64,000 bases of DNA from an uncultured Phycisphaerales bacterium. Its GTDB lineage: Bacteria; Planctomycetota; Phycisphaerae; Phycisphaerales; SM1A02. The notes below the pieces were generated by a model. The model saw only the letters and a list, made by a program, of their open reading frames with translations, ran no database searches and had not been told where the DNA came from. A program made the translations under genes and the position numbers. Each line of letters begins with the position of its first letter. The first letter of the stretch is position 1. Location of the stretch: assembly GCA_938084645.1 (NCBI GenBank), contig CALKEP010000008.1:118459-182458 (forward strand). The letters run 5' to 3'. Shown piece after piece: positions 60,693 through 64,000 of the stretch.

Positions 60693-61859
60693 ATGACGTC
60701 CGACATCGATCAGAGATGCGAGACCTCGGCCGGACGGACCGCCACGGCGGTGATCGTCGGTTCGGGGCTGTTCCTCGCCCTGTTCGCGGCGGTGGGGATC
60801 ACCGGTTGCGGGGGGAACCCCGAGCCGGTCCCGAGGCCCGCGGCCCGGGCCGGAATCGACGCCGACGCGACCCCCCCCAACCAGCCGGTCCAGGAGTTCG
60901 ATCCGTCGACCTTCGAGGAGACCTCGACCGTCGAGCCCTGGTCGTTCGGCGGCTACGAGGGGGAGCTGGTCACGACACCGACCCATCTGCTCCACCTGAC
61001 GCTCTCCGAGGGGCGGCTCCGGACGGCGATGCCCGTCTTCACGGGGACCGCACTGCTCCACTACCGGACGATGCTGTTTCCCGAGGTGGATGCGAAACCG
61101 CTCGACGCCCCGTCGGAACGCATGAGCACCTTCGTGTTCGGAACCCGTCCGGAGTGGGCGGCCTGGACCCAGTGGCGACTCCGCCGTGGTGCGAGCCTCT
61201 ACCTCGGCATCGAACGGGGTGGCTACACGATCGACGGCGAAAGCGTGATCTGGGACATCGGCCGATACGACACGCTCTGCATGCTCGCCCACGAAGGCTG
61301 GCATCAGTACACCCAGAGCGTCTTCCGACATCCGCTCCCCGCGTTCCTCGAGGAAGGTCTCGCCGCGTACGCGGAAGGGCACCGATTCCGTCGCAGCGAC
61401 GCGGCGCCGGTCTTCATGCCGTGGCGAAACCTCGAGCGATATGGTCAGCTTCGATCGGCCCGGTATCGAAACCGACTCATCGATCTCGACGAGCTCGTCG
61501 CGCGGCCGCCCCAGTACTTCGTGGCAGGGAGCGAGCGCGGGCTTCTCACCTACTACGCGCAGCTCTGGGTGCTCGTCCACTATCTGGTCGAGGGACGCGA
61601 AGGCCGCTACCGGGACGGGCTCGTGAAGCTCGTCCGCGACGCGGTGGACGGCCACATCACCTCGTCGATCTACGACGCCGATCGCCGCGCGGGCATCCTC
61701 GGGCGAACGCTGGGGCCGAACACCGGCCGCGACATCATCGCGACCTACTTCGACGAGGACTATGCGGGATTCAAGGCCGGGTACGAGGCGTTCATCGACC
61801 GCGTCGTCGCCTCCGGCAACGGCACGCGGATCTGGCAGGGGCGATCACCCATCGAGTGA
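60693..61859 (+). CDS. DUF1570-like zinc metallopeptidase lipoprotein
   Basis: Lipobox ITGC; HEGWHQ...LP.FLEEGLA.Y, YYAQLWVLVHYL. Confidence 0.75.
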   Translation: MTSDIDQRCETSAGRTATAVIVGSGLFLALFAAVGITGCGGNPEPVPRPAARAGIDADATPPNQPVQEFDPSTFEETSTVEPWSFGGYEGELVTTPTHLLHLTLSEGRLRTAMPVFTGTALLHYRTMLFPEVDAKPLDAPSERMSTFVFGTRPEWAAWTQWRLRRGASLYLGIERGGYTIDGESVIWDIGRYDTLCMLAHEGWHQYTQSVFRHPLPAFLEEGLAAYAEGHRFRRSDAAPVFMPWRNLERYGQLRSARYRNRLIDLDELVARPPQYFVAGSERGLLTYYAQLWVLVHYLVEGREGRYRDGLVKLVRDAVDGHITSSIYDADRRAGILGRTLGPNTGRDIIATYFDEDYAGFKAGYEAFIDRVVASGNGTRIWQGRSPIE

Positions 61860-62642
61860 CGGGGTCGGTCCGAGGTGTCGGACCAGGAACTCCGTCTCGC
61901 GTGACTTCGCCTCGTTGGTGCACCGGCCGAAACCGAGATGTTCGTGCGGGGCGCCGGTCGTTTCGAAGGCCAGCAGTTCGATCGTCTCGGGACGGTCGGC
62001 CCGGTCTCGCAGGGCGTCGAGGAAGCGGGCCTGGCCGTCGAACCGAACCCACGCATCGGCCTTCGAGTGCACCGCGAGGATCGGAATCTCCCGCCATTGG
62101 TCGAGGTGTCTCATCGGATCCAGCCTTGCCGTGGCCTCGTGATCGAAGAACTGTCGCTGGTGCTGGGCCGACCAGTCGCCGCTCGTCGCCTCGAGCACCG
62201 CCGCTCGAAAGCGGTGAGGCCGGCACAGTCGGGCGATCGCCACCATGCCACCCATGGACATCCCGCCGATCGCGGCCCGGTCGAGGTCGAAGCCGAGGCT
62301 CCCCAGGTTCCGGAGGATCTCGTCGATCTCGTCGATCGCCTGCTCGATGTGATCGAGGATCCGCTCGGGCTTCTGGTCCTCCGGGGTTCCGCGTTCGCCG
62401 TGGCCCGGGAGATCGATGGCACAGGCGCCGATGCCGGCCCGGGCGAGTCGCAGGTACCGGCCGGGATCGAGTTCCTTGCTGGCCGTCCGCCCATGCATCC
62501 AGAGCAGGAACGGAATGCGACCGTCGCCGCCGAGCGGGACGCCTTCGGGGCGGACCACGAGGCTGGGAACATCCACGCCGAGCCGACGGGTCTCGGAGAT
62601 GGCCTGGAGGCTGCTCGGAAGTCGTGCATCGAGATCGGGCAT
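61845..62642 (-). CDS. Alpha/beta hydrolase (esterase, S9-like)
   Basis: WMHG, DLPGHGER, nucleophile GMSMGG, H..AD..V, C-terminal His. Confidence 0.85.
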   Translation of the reverse strand: MPDLDARLPSSLQAISETRRLGVDVPSLVVRPEGVPLGGDGRIPFLLWMHGRTASKELDPGRYLRLARAGIGACAIDLPGHGERGTPEDQKPERILDHIEQAIDEIDEILRNLGSLGFDLDRAAIGGMSMGGMVAIARLCRPHRFRAAVLEATSGDWSAQHQRQFFDHEATARLDPMRHLDQWREIPILAVHSKADAWVRFDGQARFLDALRDRADRPETIELLAFETTGAPHEHLGFGRCTNEAKSRETEFLVRHLGPTPSLDG

Positions 62643-62712
62643 GGCGGCAGAGCGTAGTCGCTTCGGATCGCCCGAACTGGTGGTCGCGACGGATTCCCGG
62701 GATACTGTTGGG

Positions 62713-63312
62713 ATGATCAAGATCATCGGTGGCGAATTCCGGTCCCGCATCCTCGAAGGTCCCCCCGATGCGTCGACCACGCGACCCATCACCGCCCGGG
62801 TGAAGGAGGCGGTGTTCAATCTCCTGCGCGGGTGGTGCGACGACGCGGTCGTGCTCGATCTCTTCGCGGGGGTCGGGGCGATCGGGCTCGAGGCGGTCAG
62901 CCGCGGCGCCCGGGAGGTCGTGCTGGTGGAGTTGAACGGGCGAATCGCATCGATTCTCGAGTTCAACGTCGCCGAACTGGGCTGCCGGGATCGCGCGACC
63001 GTGGTTCGGGCGGATGCGCTCGGGCCGGCGGCCCTGGCGCAGGCTCCACGCGACTGCGACCTCGTCTTCCTCGATCCGCCCTACGCGTTGTGGGACGATG
63101 AGACCTCGCGGGAACGTCTGCTCGATCTCGTCGCACGTTGCCGGAACAACATGAAGGACGCGTCGTTCCTCGTCTTGCGGACGCCCAGCGACGTTCCCGA
63201 GGACTTCCCCGGGATCCCCGGCTTCGATGGTCCCGAGACGCATTCATACGCCGAGGACATGTACGTCCATCTCTTCGCGCCGACGCGCGATGACCACGCG
63301 GCGGAGGGGTGA
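62713..63312 (+). CDS. rsmD: 16S rRNA m2G966 methyltransferase RsmD
   Basis: IIGG....R.L, TRP...RVKEAVFN, LDLFAGVG, EAVSRGA, VFLDPPY. Confidence 0.92.
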   Translation: MIKIIGGEFRSRILEGPPDASTTRPITARVKEAVFNLLRGWCDDAVVLDLFAGVGAIGLEAVSRGAREVVLVELNGRIASILEFNVAELGCRDRATVVRADALGPAALAQAPRDCDLVFLDPPYALWDDETSRERLLDLVARCRNNMKDASFLVLRTPSDVPEDFPGIPGFDGPETHSYAEDMYVHLFAPTRDDHAAEG

Positions 63313-63383
63313 CGCGAGGCTTCGCGGCCGGGGCCGGCAGGATCGTCGGTCCGAGGCGTGCGAAATCCGGTAGGGTCCGAGGC

Positions 63384-64000
63384 ATGAGCCATCCCCTCGC
63401 CATCGTCCTCCTGACGTTCAGCGTCGCCGCGGCCGCCTCCGGCCAGGCCGACGAATCGCCCGCGGACACGCGGACATCGTCGAAGACGGTGGCCGAGGCG
63501 CCCGCGCCCTCGCCACCCCCCGAAATCGACGCGCCCGCGGTCGAGTCCTCGGACGTCGATGCCGCGGTGCTTGCTTCCGTCGCCTTTCTCCTGGAGCGAC
63601 AGGAGGGGCCGACGCGAGCGGAGTGGCCGTATCAGGGCGTCTACCGGGTCGCCGCCACCGACGACGATCCCGAGTCGCTGATCGAGGGACGTGGGCGGCG
63701 GCGAAGCGTGATTCCCATCGGCTATCGGGTGGGGGGAACCGCCATCGTGGGTGATGCGCTGCTGCGGGTCCCCGGATGCGACGAGGATGCGGATCGCCGC
63801 GAGGCGCTCGAACGCGCTCGTCGATTCGTGGTCGACTCGACGCGGCATCCGAACATGAACCCGGACTATGGCGGCGGATACGACGTTCGCGGCTGGGGCT
63901 ACATCTACGGAGGCGACTTCCTGCTCTCGATGCGGGAACGCGGTTTCGTTCCCGAGGAAGCCGCCACCGAGCACGACGAGGCGATCCGCTTCTACCTCGA
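63384..64000 (+). CDS. Secreted protein, probable prenyltransferase/squalene-cyclase-like repeat (3' truncated)
   Basis: My translation: MSHPLAIVLLTFSVAAAASG...VAFLLERQE...EWPYQGVYRV...YRVGGTAI; frame open to window end, so absent from ORF track. Confidence 0.6.
   Translation, partial: MSHPLAIVLLTFSVAAAASGQADESPADTRTSSKTVAEAPAPSPPPEIDAPAVESSDVDAAVLASVAFLLERQEGPTRAEWPYQGVYRVAATDDDPESLIEGRGRRRSVIPIGYRVGGTAIVGDALLRVPGCDEDADRREALERARRFVVDSTRHPNMNPDYGGGYDVRGWGYIYGGDFLLSMRERGFVPEEAATEHDEAIRFYL

Overview
High-GC bacterial chromosomal segment, probably Planctomycetota/Phycisphaerae. This is inferred from C-terminal dockerin-like tails, CxxC..YxL..CPECG zinc-ribbon membrane proteins, YdjY and DUF1570-like lipoproteins and a long AsmA-like protein. 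It is mostly core genome: the distal part of a flagellar operon (fliG-H-I-J-?-fliK-flgD-?-flgE), SRP RNA-dnaX-ybaB-recR, rpoN, ilvE, futalosine pathway genes (mqnC, mqnD), a PTPS-family gene, ruvC, trpE, a C-terminal protease, pdhABC, two compositionally atypical GT4 glycosyltransferases, trpB/pssA, AsmA-like/LOG, valS and rsmD. I saw no mobile element, CRISPR array, tRNA or rRNA. Most notable signals: (1) about 15 first-of-unit genes have a TAnnnT -10 hexamer 6-9 nt before the start codon and usually no Shine-Dalgarno, suggesting widespread leaderless transcription; (2) an A10 run in dnaX with stops in both shifted frames (tau/gamma recoding), in a DnaX that has also lost its C4 zinc finger; (3) a promoter-hairpin-terminator unit of about 95 nt at ~31.1 kb (candidate sRNA or attenuator); (4) an SRP RNA with a UGAC rather than GNRA tetraloop. 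I found no clearly new multi-gene system. All calls are from reading the sequence, with no database searches.
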